From assembly GCA_963707985.1 (NCBI GenBank), contig CAVPRW010000010.1:192001-256000 (forward strand): 64,000 nt of DNA, in the 5' to 3' direction. Below the pieces are notes generated by a model that saw nothing but the letters and a program-made list of their open reading frames with translations, searched no databases and was not told where the DNA came from. The position numbers and the translations under genes are program-made. The DNA is from an uncultured Nitrospinota bacterium. Lineage in GTDB: Bacteria; Tectomicrobia; Entotheonellia; J063; CAVPRW01. Positions 10,939 to 21,381 of the stretch are shown here, piece after piece; positions within the stretch are counted from its first letter, which is position 1, and each line of letters begins with the position of its first letter.

Positions 10939-11340
10939 TCAACCGATCATCACGGTGCCTACGGCAATAACCTTGCCCACGGGCAAATCAGCCGGATCGT
11001 TGCACGTGAGGGCGGTATCGCCATTGCGGGCCGCAGGTTTACCGTTGATCATGACCGTCTGGCTCCCGAGCTGGATGGTGGCTTTGTTAGTCGCCGGCTT
11101 TTGAAAGCTGGTGCCAGGGGGTGTCGGTAGATGGGGCGGGATATTGTCCGCTGTGCTCCCTACCATGGCGGCTGGCTGGCCCATAATTTTGGTATTGTTG
11201 CTGAGCGCACCGTTGATGATGCCCGAAAACGGATGCGGCAATGGAGTGGGCACGGGCGCGCCTGGTGGCGTTGGCACCATGACGATATGGGTGTCAAGGG
11301 CCGTTATCTGATCACCTTGCTTGGCGGCCGGTTGTCCCAT
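10939..11340 (-). CDS. PAAR spike-tip protein
   Basis: PAAK, PAAM and PAAR repeats; metal-binding His/Cys residues. Confidence 0.93.
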   Translation of the reverse strand: MGQPAAKQGDQITALDTHIVMVPTPPGAPVPTPLPHPFSGIINGALSNNTKIMGQPAAMVGSTADNIPPHLPTPPGTSFQKPATNKATIQLGSQTVMINGKPAARNGDTALTCNDPADLPVGKVIAVGTVMIG

Positions 11341-11350
11341 CTGTTCCCTC

Positions 11351-11948
11351 CTAATTGATCAGTACTAACTGACCTTTGATAGTCATCGTTCCCTTGGCAT
11401 CCAGCGTCATGTTGCCTGTCGCGCTGATCTCAACCGTCGTGGCTTCCACTTTGACACTCCCGGCTCCAGCCTTGACTTCTACGTCGCCCGTATCGCATAG
11501 GACCTGGATTTTGCGATTGGCACTGTCGAGAATGACTTTGCGCTCGCCATCCTTGTCGATGACCTCGATCTTCTCCTTCCCCTGTGTGTCATCCAGCTTG
11601 ATAATGTGTCCGCTGCGTGACACGATGAAGCGCCAGTTGTTCTGGGTGGGTTGGCCGTCGTCGGGCGGCGGCGCGTCGGCCTGACTCCACAAGCAGCCGA
11701 CGATGTAAGGTCGGCGCGGATCGCCGTGCTCGAAGACCACCAGCACTTCATCGTGCGACCTCCGGCCGGAAGAAGGTGCCGCGGCTGGCCCCGGCCATGA
11801 GGGTGGCCAAGCGTGCCCAATCGCTCTCGACGTTACCTAATTCCGGGAATTTGACCTTCACCCGACCTATTTTTTCTGGATCGTCCAGGTTGCTTATCAG
11901 ACCGATCAAGATACCGTTGTCGCGTTCACCGTGGCTCTGGCGCTGCAT
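11351..11948 (-). CDS. Baseplate assembly protein V / gp5 OB-fold spike (frameshift near 11750)
   Basis: DPEKIGRVKVKFP..SDWARL..AG..RG.FF.PEV|DEVLVVFEHGDPRRPYIVG.LW. Confidence 0.9.
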
Positions 11949-11962
11949 GCTGCCTCCTCGCC

Positions 11963-13085
11963 CTACTTGAGTTCCTCACGCCGGCACTCGAATCGCGTGG
12001 TGTAACCGCTATCGCCAATGGTGTGGGTGGTGGCGGTCACAAAGTAGCGACCGTCGAAACGATCCCCCAGCCCTTCCAAAAAAATGACACTGCCAGCGCG
12101 TAAGTCTGGTAGCCCCACGACGTTCCCAGTGCCCTTCACCATGTCCTTGGCGATATTTTCCAAGGTCTGTTTGGCCAGGGTTTTAGCTTCCTTGCGGCTA
12201 TTGATCGGTTGATTAACGATCACTTCCTCGCGCTGGTTAAAGGCCGGGTCAATGTCCGCCTGGCGGCCTTTTGCGCCGACGCCCTTGGTGGAGAGTTCGC
12301 TGCGCTTGGACGGTGGCTTCGATCGGTTTTTTCTTCACAGCGTCCCAACCGCGCACTGTGACCTGACCGACCTGATTGGCAGTGGTCAGTGTGGGCTGAA
12401 AATCAATCAAGGACAGGCCGTACTTGATCTCGTACGTCACTTGACGCACCCGGTCCGAAGGGCCAAAATAGAGGCGGGCCTTGCTTGCCTTACCGTTTGC
12501 ACCCTCCTCTTGGACGAACAGATCGTAACCGTTGCGACGGGCGCGCTCCATCAGGAAGATGATGTCATACTGGTTATCCTGAAAGAGATTCTGTGGCTCC
12601 TCTGGCTCTACACTCTTCGTGTCAATGTTTACGCCGAGCCGGCCGGCGATCTCCGTGGCGATCGCGCCGTCGGTCTTCTGCATGTATGAACGTGACTCCT
12701 GCTTTTTTCGGAAGCTGTGCAGCAGGTTCAACCCACTGATCACGAGCGTTGACTGCCCGGCCGCAGGGAAGGTTGGCCGCAACGAGGTGATTTCTCCTGT
12801 CAGCATCAGCCGTTTACGGTCTTTCCCAAAGTACCCCATCCATAACTCGACTTTCTTACCAGGGTCGAATAGTTTGCTGTCGCTGTACTTAAAGTCGCGC
12901 CTCTTGGCATCCCAGTTATTGATGGTGATGTCGAAGCTGTCAATCTCCTTGATGTTATCCTTGTACGTCACTGTTGTGATGTCGTGGATCACATCACGGT
13001 GGAGCGGCTGCTCACCGACTTTGACGTCAAACGCCGGGACATAGAAATCCTGCCCTTGGTAGATCGGAATCGGCGCAGTACTCAT
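11963..13085 (-). CDS. Phage late control D / VgrG hub (Afp8 N-terminal part; frameshift near 12300)
   Basis: FYVPAFDVKV..DSFDITINNWD..Q.NQYDI.FL.ERARRNGY..VTVRGWD; C-terminal GLPDLRAG..GLG.RF.G.YFVT. Confidence 0.9.
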
Positions 13086-13819
13086 CTCGGTTCCTCGGGT
13101 AATGATCCAGCCATTGCCGCCTGACTTAACCCGTCCAACGGCGGGATGACTAAAACCGTGCCCGGCGTCAACTGGCGCAGGTGGGCGAGGCCCGGATTGG
13201 CGTCGGCGATGGGCCGCCACGCACCCGCGTCGCGGTATTCCGCAGCGGCAATCCGGCTGAGTGTGTCACCACGTTGGACCACGCGGCGCTTGGTGTGATC
13301 GCTCGACCCGAACTTCAGCTCAGCGATCTGGTCCTCCAGCGTCTTGTACTCGCGGAATGACATGGTCAGTGTGGCGCGCAATGGAATGCCATCCGGGTTG
13401 AACAAGGTGAACTTTTGCTGCACGCTCTCGACGATGGCCTTGAATTTTAGCTCCTTACTCCAGGTGAACTGGATGCGTGGTGGGGCGTGGGTCGTGGGCT
13501 GAATCTTGACCAGTTGGTAGAACGGCCCGGTGAGTGTTGTCACGTCCTGTGCTCCCGCCCCCAGTTGGCCAGCCAACTCTTCGCCACTGTTGCCTGCGGT
13601 CGTGTCAAAAAATAGGTCAAGGGTCAACTTCTCGTTTTGCCCACGGACGAATTGCAAGATGGGCGAGTCGATACCATAGATGCCAATCTCAGCGATCTGC
13701 GCCCCTTTGTTGAGCGTGTATTCAGTTGGATTGAATTGAACTGTGAGGATCTTGGGCAGCCTTGGCGGATCGACCGCGTCGGGGTCAAGCACCTCAATGA
13801 TGGCTTTTGTCGGCACCAT
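13082..13819 (-). CDS. CIS tube-initiator protein with a LysM domain (Afp7-like)
   Basis: VQFNPTEY..LFFDTT..FTLF..DG.PLRA; LysM VQRGDTLSRIAAAEY..WRPIADAN. Confidence 0.92.
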   Translation of the reverse strand: MVPTKAIIEVLDPDAVDPPRLPKILTVQFNPTEYTLNKGAQIAEIGIYGIDSPILQFVRGQNEKLTLDLFFDTTAGNSGEELAGQLGAGAQDVTTLTGPFYQLVKIQPTTHAPPRIQFTWSKELKFKAIVESVQQKFTLFNPDGIPLRATLTMSFREYKTLEDQIAELKFGSSDHTKRRVVQRGDTLSRIAAAEYRDAGAWRPIADANPGLAHLRQLTPGTVLVIPPLDGLSQAAMAGSLPEEPR

Positions 13820-13841
13820 ACGTCACCTTATGCGGTCTTGA

Positions 13842-14027
13842 CTAAACCAGGGGCGCGGCCTGTGGCCGTACAGTCGTGGCTTCACGCGCGCCGTCGCTCT
13901 CCCGCTGTTGTTGTTCAACGCGACGTAGGATGATCTGTACCAGCTTTTCCACCTGGATTTCGCTCAGCGGCAACTCGCCATCGACGATCCCCACGCGGCT
14001 TGTCATGTCTTCCACATGCACGGGCAT
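13842..14027 (-). CDS. Small eCIS protein (Afp6-like position)
   Basis: MPVHVEDMTSRV.. with a GGAG RBS, between the tube and LysM genes. Confidence 0.6.
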   Translation of the reverse strand: MPVHVEDMTSRVGIVDGELPLSEIQVEKLVQIILRRVEQQQRESDGAREATTVRPQAAPLV

Positions 14028-14043
14028 GGCTCTCCTCCCCGTT

Positions 14044-14484
14044 CTACTTGAGACGTTCCAGTCCTTGATGGCACAACTCGAGGGTCTCAACGGCGACATT
14101 GTTCTGCGTGGCATGTAAGTCTGGCCCGATCCACTTGGCCGGGAAGGCGCGTTTAAGGAGCCATGCCATCACCTCCTGTCCGCCGGACGGGTCGCGCACC
14201 ACAATCGAGCCATGGCGATAGGTCACCTTTCCCTGCGTCAGATCGTAGTACCACTCCCAAATTGTGCGGTCGACAATCCCACGTTTCAGGGTGATATTGG
14301 TCTGTTTGATCCGCCCCGGGAACTTGCGGACGTAGCTATTCAACCCGCCCTCTGGGTAATCCTGCACCTCGGTCTCGAGTTGCAACCCGGTGCACTCGCT
14401 AAAGCCCGCCACCGGCAGGTTGTCCAGCTTGATCTCAAACCGAAAGGCGAAAAATGGGTCCTGGCGATCACTTGTGTTGGCCAT
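14044..14484 (-). CDS. Phage tail tube protein gp19 (copy 2)
   Basis: DPFFAFRF..AGFSECTGL..EGG.N..ITLKRG..P.KW.GP.L.A..N.VAVETLEL.H.G. Confidence 0.95.
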   Translation of the reverse strand: MANTSDRQDPFFAFRFEIKLDNLPVAGFSECTGLQLETEVQDYPEGGLNSYVRKFPGRIKQTNITLKRGIVDRTIWEWYYDLTQGKVTYRHGSIVVRDPSGGQEVMAWLLKRAFPAKWIGPDLHATQNNVAVETLELCHQGLERLK

Positions 14485-14488
14485 GACT

Positions 14489-16932
14489 TCACACCCCTCC
14501 CGGCATACCCGTCTCGGAAGTTTCGATGATTTGTGTTCCACTCTCGGTCTTGCCAATCCGTACAACCACGAACTCTGCGGGCCAGGGTGGTTGAACGCCG
14601 ATGCGGCAGATGAGTCGGCCTACTTCCGCCTGATCGGGCGGGTTGGTGGTTGTATCACAGGTGACGGAGTACGCATCGGCAGCGGTCGGGCCATCGAGCA
14701 TACCTCGGTGCCATAGACCGTCCAGAAAGCTTCGCACCACACGGTCCACCTCGCGCCATACATCCGGATTGCTCGGCTCGAAGACGAGCCACTGGGTTTG
14801 CTGGTCGATGGCTTCCTCGATCATGATCAGCAGCCGGCGCACATTGACATAGCGCCAGTCGGGATCACTGCTCAGCGTGCGCGCACCGGCGAGGCGCAGT
14901 CCACGACCACGGTAGGCTCGGATCACGTTCACCGACCGGTCATTTAGGTCTCCATGAAGGAGATCTTCGATCTGTGTCGAAACATCCTGCGCATAGAACA
15001 ACTCTTCGTTGGCTGGCGGCTTGTGCACTCCCACCTGGCGATCTACACGGGCATATATACCAGCAACATGGCCGCAAGGGGGCACATCACGTAACAGCCG
15101 ATCTGGGCCGAGGGCATCCGGCACGCGCAGCCCAGGGGTAGTATAGCGCCGCATACTTGGTGTCGAAGCGATTGCGCCATTCGATAACCTTGGTGAGTAA
15201 TACGTCCTGCCCGTCGAAGCGCGGTGCATCCAGGACAGCGACGCGGTCCTTGAGGCGTTCGCACTGTCCTACCATGGCATTCTGCAACGCGGCAGATCTG
15301 GATCTCCGTGAAGGCAGGAGCGAATTCAGGTATTCTGACAGACGCCAGGGAGGGAAGCGTTTGACCATCCACCACATCGCAGCGAACAGGCGCTTTCTTG
15401 ATGCGCAGAGGACGGAACGTCTTCGGCATGATGTCTGGGATTGCCAGGATGCTCAGCTCGGACTTGTCCTCCAGTGTCGCCAGCCCGTGCGTGAAATGCT
15501 CCGTGCCGAGGCCGCCACTTGTGTTCGTGCTGACTGCAACAGGTGTGCTGTCGGGAAAGCCGGCATCCGAGTGCAAATCGCGGGCAGTTATCAACTGTGA
15601 ACCGGCCTGCGGATCGTTGAGCACTGCCTCAACATAGGCGGGATTGGGCTCCCGCTTGCCTTCATCGAACCAACGCTGCATGGACAGGCGGGGCCAGATC
15701 TCCTGGGTCTGATCCGGCGCCTGCAGCGCTAACGAAAAGTATCCTTCATCCACACGGGCGACAGTCACCTGAATGTTTTGGCCGTCGTTCCAACGGCCGG
15801 CGACGATCAGACATAGCGTCGCCTGGCCCTCATAGTCCAGGAGATCCAGGCTTGGGGCCAGGCCATCCCGTCCGCCCGTGAGCCGGGCGGTTCCGGCAAT
15901 CAAGTTCGACGCATGGGAGCCAGGTGTATTCCGCGGGAAACGCAGTTGCGCGGGTAGATGTTCGATGGCCACCAGGCGTGAACCAGTCTCAAGGTCATTC
16001 AGAAGCGCCCTGACGTAGCGAGGCTCCGGTCTCAGCCGGCCCTGGCCCTTCGGCAGGTGGAGTACCCTTGGATCGGGCGTAGCCTGCGGAAACAGAGCTG
16101 ACGAGCTCAGATCACGTGCGACAATCAGCCTAGAGCCTGTCTCTGGATTGTTGAGTATGCGTTCGACATACGAGGGGTCAGAGCGAAGCATGGTCAAGTC
16201 GGACCAGGTCTCGCTCCTACCATCGGACACCAGGAGGCTTAGCGAGAAGACGCCGCCACCATTGGATGTCACGGATACGGTGATGTCCAGTTGCCACAGA
16301 TCAGGCCGGTCGGCTATCAGGCGCAACGCGGGTTGGTCGGCATCATCTAGTAAATCGAGGCTGGCCAGCGCCATCGTCAGGTCGTGCCATACTTCCTGTC
16401 CACCATCGGGGAGACGCAGCGTCAGTGCGAAGCGCTCGGGGTTAGGGCGATCCACAGTGACAGCAATGTTCTGTCCCCACACGCCGGGACTAGTCCGCCA
16501 ACTCGGTGGTGGTCGGCGCCTCACGGCTGCCTGTGTCGCCGTTACGTCACCTGTTGCCGGGCGCCACACGACCGAGCAGGCAGCGGTCAGACGTAGCACC
16601 GATGCTTCGCTGTCACCGGGGCGCTCAGCGCCAGCCCTCAAATCAAGCGAGGCTGCCGCGGCGAGGTCCGGATCGGCCACGCGTACGACCCAGCAAGTCT
16701 GGCCTCCGTTAGCGAAGAAGCCTTCCACAGCGTAGGCCAGGTAACCCTCTGGAATAAAGCGTCCAAAGATGCTGGCGAACTGTGTGTAGCTCTCTACCCT
16801 CACAGCGTGATGCAGCGGCCCGCGCTCGGCGATCCCGACAAAGCCAGCGATATCCGTGCGTAGCGGCAAGATGGAAGGTGACTGACTATCTAGCCACTCG
16901 AAATGGACTCCAGGCGTGCGGTAGGCAAACAT
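14489..16932 (-). CDS. Contractile tail sheath protein 2 (frameshifts near 15295 and 15140)
   Basis: YRTPGVHFE..DIAGFVG.AERGP; YAVEGFFANGG; VPPCGHVAGIYAR.D...GVHKPPANE; GARTLSSDPDWRYVNVRRL. Confidence 0.92.
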
Positions 16933-16956
16933 AGAATTAGCCAGCTCCTGGCAAAC

Positions 16957-17397
16957 TTACGCCGTTTCCATCTCGACGCGCTCACAGACGATCTCGAGCG
17001 TCTCAATCGCCGCTTCGTTGGTTTTCGCGTTGAAGGTCGGGCCATCCAACTTGCGCGGCCATGCCTCACGAAAATTCCAGCGCACTGATGCCTGCCGCGC
17101 CTCATTCAACAGCGTGATGGAGCCAGAGTGCCGTTCCGTCTGGCCGTCCAACACCTTTTTACGCCAGTCCCACAGCCCCTTGTCTTTGGTGAAGCCACGC
17201 TTGAGCGTGATGTTGCCGAACTTCTTCAGACCAGGCAGCTTGCGGACCGTAATATCCTCATTGCCGTTGCGGTACTCGATGGGATCGGTCTCCATGGTAA
17301 TACCGCTGCATTCAGAGAAACCAGCCCTGGTTACCCCGTCAATTTCCACCAAAAAATTAAACGTGCCAAAGGGATCGTCGCGTTCACCAGTAGCCAT
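16957..17397 (-). CDS. Phage tail tube protein gp19 (copy 1)
   Basis: RDDPFGTFNFLVEIDG..AGFSECSG..IEYRNG..RKLPGL.K..NITLKRG. Confidence 0.96.
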   Translation of the reverse strand: MATGERDDPFGTFNFLVEIDGVTRAGFSECSGITMETDPIEYRNGNEDITVRKLPGLKKFGNITLKRGFTKDKGLWDWRKKVLDGQTERHSGSITLLNEARQASVRWNFREAWPRKLDGPTFNAKTNEAAIETLEIVCERVEMETA

Positions 17398-17415
17398 ATC
17401 TGTTCTCCTCGAATG

Positions 17416-19013
17416 TTATGCTGGCGCATCAGCAGTTTTTTGGCTGATGCGAAAGATGACAAATTCAGCTGGTTTGACCGGTGCAATGCCGATATAGCAC
17501 ACCAAACGCCCGTTATCGATGTCGTCCTGGGTCATGGTTGTGCGATCGCACTTGACGAAAAAGGCTTCGTCCTGGGTCAAACCCATTAATGCGCCGCTCT
17601 TCCACACGCGGGTCAGGAAATTGACAATGCTGCGGCGTACTTGGGCCCACAGCGGCTCGTCGTTTGGCTCAAAAACCACCCACTGGGTGCCCTGTTCAAT
17701 CGATTCCTCGACAAAAATGAACAGCCGGCGGACGTTGATGTACTTCCACTCTGGATCACTTGTCATGGTACGCGCACCCCATAATCGGATGCCGCGTCCG
17801 TCGCTGCGGAAGTCGCGGATGCAGTTGACCCCACGCGGATTCAGAATATCCTGGCGGCCTTTAGTAATGGGGAACTCCAGATTGGTCGCGTCGCGCACCA
17901 CCTCATTGGCGGGTGCCTTGTGGACGCCGCGCTCGATGTCGGTACGTGCGATGAGACCTGTGATATGACCGGTCGGTGGGATGCGGATTGCGCCCCGGGA
18001 CAGAGGGTCATAGACCTCGATCCACGGCTAGTAGAAGGCCGCGTATGTGGTATCTGTGCGGCGGGCGGACATCGTCGTTGTTTTGACCACGCCGCACCGA
18101 GACAACAGCAAAGCGATCCTTCAGGTGCTCACACTGTTGATGACCGCGCTGGGTTACAGGACTCATGATCAGCGCTGGGTGAATCGCACCTCGTCCGGGA
18201 TGGCCAGAAGCGCGACCTCGTCGATGGCTTCGATCGCCGCCAACCCCCGGCCTTGACCAAGCAACTCAGTCGACCTTGGGCTGCTTGCATCGATGGGGTT
18301 CAGGTTGCCAGTGAAGGTGTCGGCTGTGATGGGATCGCCGTCAGCCGCATTGTCATCGAGTTGCGCAAAAGCGGGGGCAGCCGGCACAGGTATGGGCGCC
18401 GGGCCGTTGTTGTTAAACCAGGTGCGCACTAAACGCGACCCGGAATTGACCATGGCCTCGACATTGTTACTAGCGCCGACAGTGTGGACTAGGTTATCGA
18501 AGATCTCAACCACATCCGGCTCGACACGGTTTGGATCGGTGGCATTCGCTGGGTCGAGCGGGTCGACGAAGTTTGCCATGTCGGGCAAAGTCCGGTAGTA
18601 CAACAGTGCTAGCCTGAACCACTCAGGATTGTTTTGGCGCTGGCTCGCAGCGTCGATGCGGATCAAGATGTTGTTCCCCCAGGCCCCGGGTCCAATCGCG
18701 CTGATTACTAGACGAGTATCGACAATCTGCGTCGCCACTGTCGCATTATTACTGAGGATACGCCCGATGAAGAGACGCTGCCCACCGTTGTCAAAGAAAC
18801 CCTGAACGGCGTATGGCAGATAAGACTGGGTGAGAGGGAGATAGCCGCCGTACCAGCGTTGGAATCCAGCCAACTGGTCACCATGCGTGGTGGTATCGGT
18901 CCCTTCTCCGTCCTACCGAGAAAGGCGGCGGTACTGGTACTAACCCCCTCAATCGGTTTGGGTCCGGTGCTGAGCTCCTCGATATAGACACCGGGGGCAA
19001 GATATTCGGGCAT
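17416..19013 (-). CDS. Contractile tail sheath protein 1 (several frameshifts)
   Basis: MPEYLAPGVYIEE..GVSTSTAAF.G; GVHKAPANE; LNPRGVNCIRDF..WGART..WKYINVRRLF; APVKPAEFV. Confidence 0.93.
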
Positions 19014-19052
19014 TGCGTGTCTCCTATGTCGACTATGACGTTCGATTGCACA

Positions 19053-20042
19053 TTACGAAAAGTGAAAGGTTGGTACCATGAGGGTCGCCCGTGGTCTCAC
19101 CTGGAGCGGTTGCGAGACCAGGCGAGCCTGATTGTCAGGCAATATCGCCGTCACCGTTACCGTTTCCTCCGCTTGCAGGAGATCAAAATAATAGGTCCAA
19201 CTGCCATCCTTGCCTGTGCTCGTGCTACCCAGCGGGCCAGCCGCCGCGGATACGTTGATCGTAGCGCCGAGCACGCCCATACCGGCGCGCTGCACCCAGC
19301 CCCGTAGCGCTGTCTCGAACAGGCTGGTCTCGCGTCCGTGAACGACGCACACGTCGGGAACGTCCACCGTCCTACCGCCGGGCATTGTTACCCGTACCAC
19401 GACCATACCCGTGGGCTGATCGTCAGGGAACCAAAGCACCCACTGGCCGGTCGCGTCGGTGCGGTAGACATTGGATTGACCAACGACCTGGACTGTAGCC
19501 CCAGCCAGACCTTCGCCGTTGGATAAATGCACACCGCCGCGTAGCAACGTCGAGCCGCGTCCGCCTCGCATGGTGCTCCCACCGCACGTCGCCTGCACAC
19601 CTTCGAGCCGAAGAGGGTCTGTGTTCGGAAAGGGGTAGGCATAATTTGGCTCCAGGTCAAAGTGGTAGGGCGCACTGGAGGCCGGATCGTTGGGGTTCTG
19701 CATGGGCACAACGATATCGGCACGTTCGATCGTCTGGTAGAAAAGACTTTGCACTCGGACAATATATGTTCCATCCGCCAGGGTAAGGCGGCGATCGGCG
19801 CCAGTGCTCTGCTTCACTGCGCCAAAGAACAGGTGATAGCCACTTGGATTACGCACGATGGTCATCGGTAACGGTCGGTCAAATTCCTGCCGATTGCCGC
19901 CTACGATCTGACCGACCAGCCAGAATGTGACTGGCTCAATGGGGCGTGGATGCAAGCCGCGCACGCCCCGCTCGCGGGCATAACGGTCTTCCAGATCAAA
20001 GAGCATGGTAGGCATGAGTACACGCCGTTGCATCACGTGCAT
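19053..20042 (-). CDS. eCIS-associated carboxypeptidase-regulatory-like (beta-sandwich) protein
   Basis: Y.FP..TLLRG.V and two TD.TG.W / TG.DG.W beta-sandwich repeats; sits between DUF4255 and the sheath. Confidence 0.65.
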   Translation of the reverse strand: MHVMQRRVLMPTMLFDLEDRYARERGVRGLHPRPIEPVTFWLVGQIVGGNRQEFDRPLPMTIVRNPSGYHLFFGAVKQSTGADRRLTLADGTYIVRVQSLFYQTIERADIVVPMQNPNDPASSAPYHFDLEPNYAYPFPNTDPLRLEGVQATCGGSTMRGGRGSTLLRGGVHLSNGEGLAGATVQVVGQSNVYRTDATGQWVLWFPDDQPTGMVVVRVTMPGGRTVDVPDVCVVHGRETSLFETALRGWVQRAGMGVLGATINVSAAAGPLGSTSTGKDGSWTYYFDLLQAEETVTVTAILPDNQARLVSQPLQVRPRATLMVPTFHFS

Positions 20043-20644
20043 TATGCGATCTCCTCGCTGGGTGCGGCCGGCACGTCACCGTAGGCACTATGGGACTCGA
20101 CAACACGGGCATTTTGGGGTACACGGCGTGAGTCGATGCGGGTGACGCGCACCTGGTAGCAGACTGACAAGCGATATGGTTCTCGCAGAGCCTCCCAGAT
20201 ACGGGTCAGTTCTTCAAGCGATAGCCGGCACAGGATAATCCGCACTTCTTCGTTGACACCGTCGTCTGGATTGCGAATGACTACGATGGCATTGTCATAC
20301 ATGGCTTGCATAGTACTACCCAGCAGAAGAAGATCGAACTCACCGGACGGGGCCAACGGTGTAATCAGATAGAACAGATTCAGAGCTAGCGGTGTTTCCT
20401 GCGTTGAGGTATGCCCATTGCCTCGTGTCACGGGTTGGTTCTTAAGGAATTCGTTCTCGGTGACCTGATAGAGCCACAGGGATAGCCGGTTGGCCGAGTC
20501 ACGAATTGCCTCGGTAGGATTGGCGAACACGATCGTGGCCTCGCTTGGGACAATTGGACCGATGACAGGATCGGTCGAAAAAGCCTCCCACAGAAACCCC
20601 CGCAAGGTAAGGCTGACGTCGCGCAAAACCAAGTAACTACTCAT
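20042..20644 (-). CDS. DUF4255 / Pvc16 (Afp16-like) cap protein
   Basis: LSLWLYQVTEN..L.N; PLALNLFYLITP; LSLEELTRIW.AL..PYRLSV.YQV. Confidence 0.9.
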   Translation of the reverse strand: MSSYLVLRDVSLTLRGFLWEAFSTDPVIGPIVPSEATIVFANPTEAIRDSANRLSLWLYQVTENEFLKNQPVTRGNGHTSTQETPLALNLFYLITPLAPSGEFDLLLLGSTMQAMYDNAIVVIRNPDDGVNEEVRIILCRLSLEELTRIWEALREPYRLSVCYQVRVTRIDSRRVPQNARVVESHSAYGDVPAAPSEEIA

Positions 20645-20726
20645 CGCTGCTCCATCCTGCTTGAGCTATCCGACGACTCACCACGGCCTATGAGCACTCT
20701 CCTGCCGCACTAAAACCTGCCCACAC

Positions 20727-20888
20727 TTAGATGTCGCTTATGCGCTTCAGGATTTCTTTGCGACGATTCCTTTTGAGAGACTTCAACTCCTTCTCTCGGA
20801 GGTTTAATTTCTTTTATCTTATCTTCTGTATCTTTATCTTTTGAAGATTTTTTAAACTGTTATAGAGTCGTTTTTTTCCTTTACTCAC
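20727..20888 (-). pseudogene. Tiny Lys/Arg-rich ORF with one in-frame TAA
   Basis: The GTG start overlaps the upstream TGA. It reads MSKGKKRLYNSLKNLQKIKIQKIR*KKLNLREKELKSLKRNRRKEILKRISDI. Confidence 0.4.
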
Positions 20889-21115
20889 CAGCTAAGGGAA
20901 ATCCACTCTACCGAAACGATGATAAGTTCCTCGATCCCTTCTACCTCGACCACTACGAAGGCGTCGTTTTGCAGCCCGCTATCGGAGACATCAATGACCT
21001 TACCAGTCAACAGATCATTGCCGTGCAGGGCCGTGAGAACCGCTGCGGGATCGGGATGGTAGATATCGCTGATCTTAAAATGGACCCATCGGTCTCGCCA
21101 ATCCATCAGCCTCAT
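20885..21115 (-). CDS. Small hypothetical protein, first gene after the sigma54 promoter
   Basis: 76-aa beta-rich ORF, 46 bp downstream of the -12 element. Confidence 0.6.
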   Translation of the reverse strand: MRLMDWRDRWVHFKISDIYHPDPAAVLTALHGNDLLTGKVIDVSDSGLQNDAFVVVEVEGIEELIIVSVEWISLSW

Positions 21116-21161
21116 CCTGCATTGCCTTCGGGGGTTGATTGCTGCGTATGGTCAAAGACTT

Positions 21162-21177
21162 CGCAAGAGGCGTGCCC
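21162..21177 (-). promoter_or_regulatory. Sigma54 (-24/-12) promoter of the eCIS operon
   Basis: The minus strand reads GGGCAC-GCCTC-TTGCG, matching TGGCAC-N5-TTGC with exact spacing. Confidence 0.8.
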
Positions 21178-21273
21178 CCGCAGTGACGACCAATCGCTTA
21201 CACCAAAGTGCCTGATTACAAAGGATTCACTCCCTGTATGCAGCAGGCAGTAGCGCGTGCAAGTCGCCGTCAT

Positions 21274-21324
21274 CGGAAAGAGGTTTCCGATGGCACACCG
21301 GCGTCTGCCGGAAGACATTTTCCG
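21274..21324. promoter_or_regulatory. Tandem palindromic upstream activator sites, CGGAA-N6-TTCCG x2
   Basis: 21274-21289 CGGAAagaggtTTCCG and 21309-21324 CGGAAgacattTTCCG, about 100-150 bp upstream of the sigma54 site. Confidence 0.65.
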
Positions 21325-21381
21325 CATGAGGAACACAGCGCACTGGGGCGCCGATATATTGCAAGTTCGGAGAGGTCGTTC

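Noticed and set aside
268..19013. Frameshifts in many eCIS genes read as pseudogenisation or programmed frameshifting
   Set aside because: They are isolated indels in otherwise well-conserved genes and occur across the window, so long-read assembly error is more likely. Reads are needed to decide.
8500..19013. Prophage or T6SS
   Set aside because: No head, packaging, integrase or TssJLM/ClpV genes; DUF4255, the LysM tube protein and gp19 tubes fit an eCIS.
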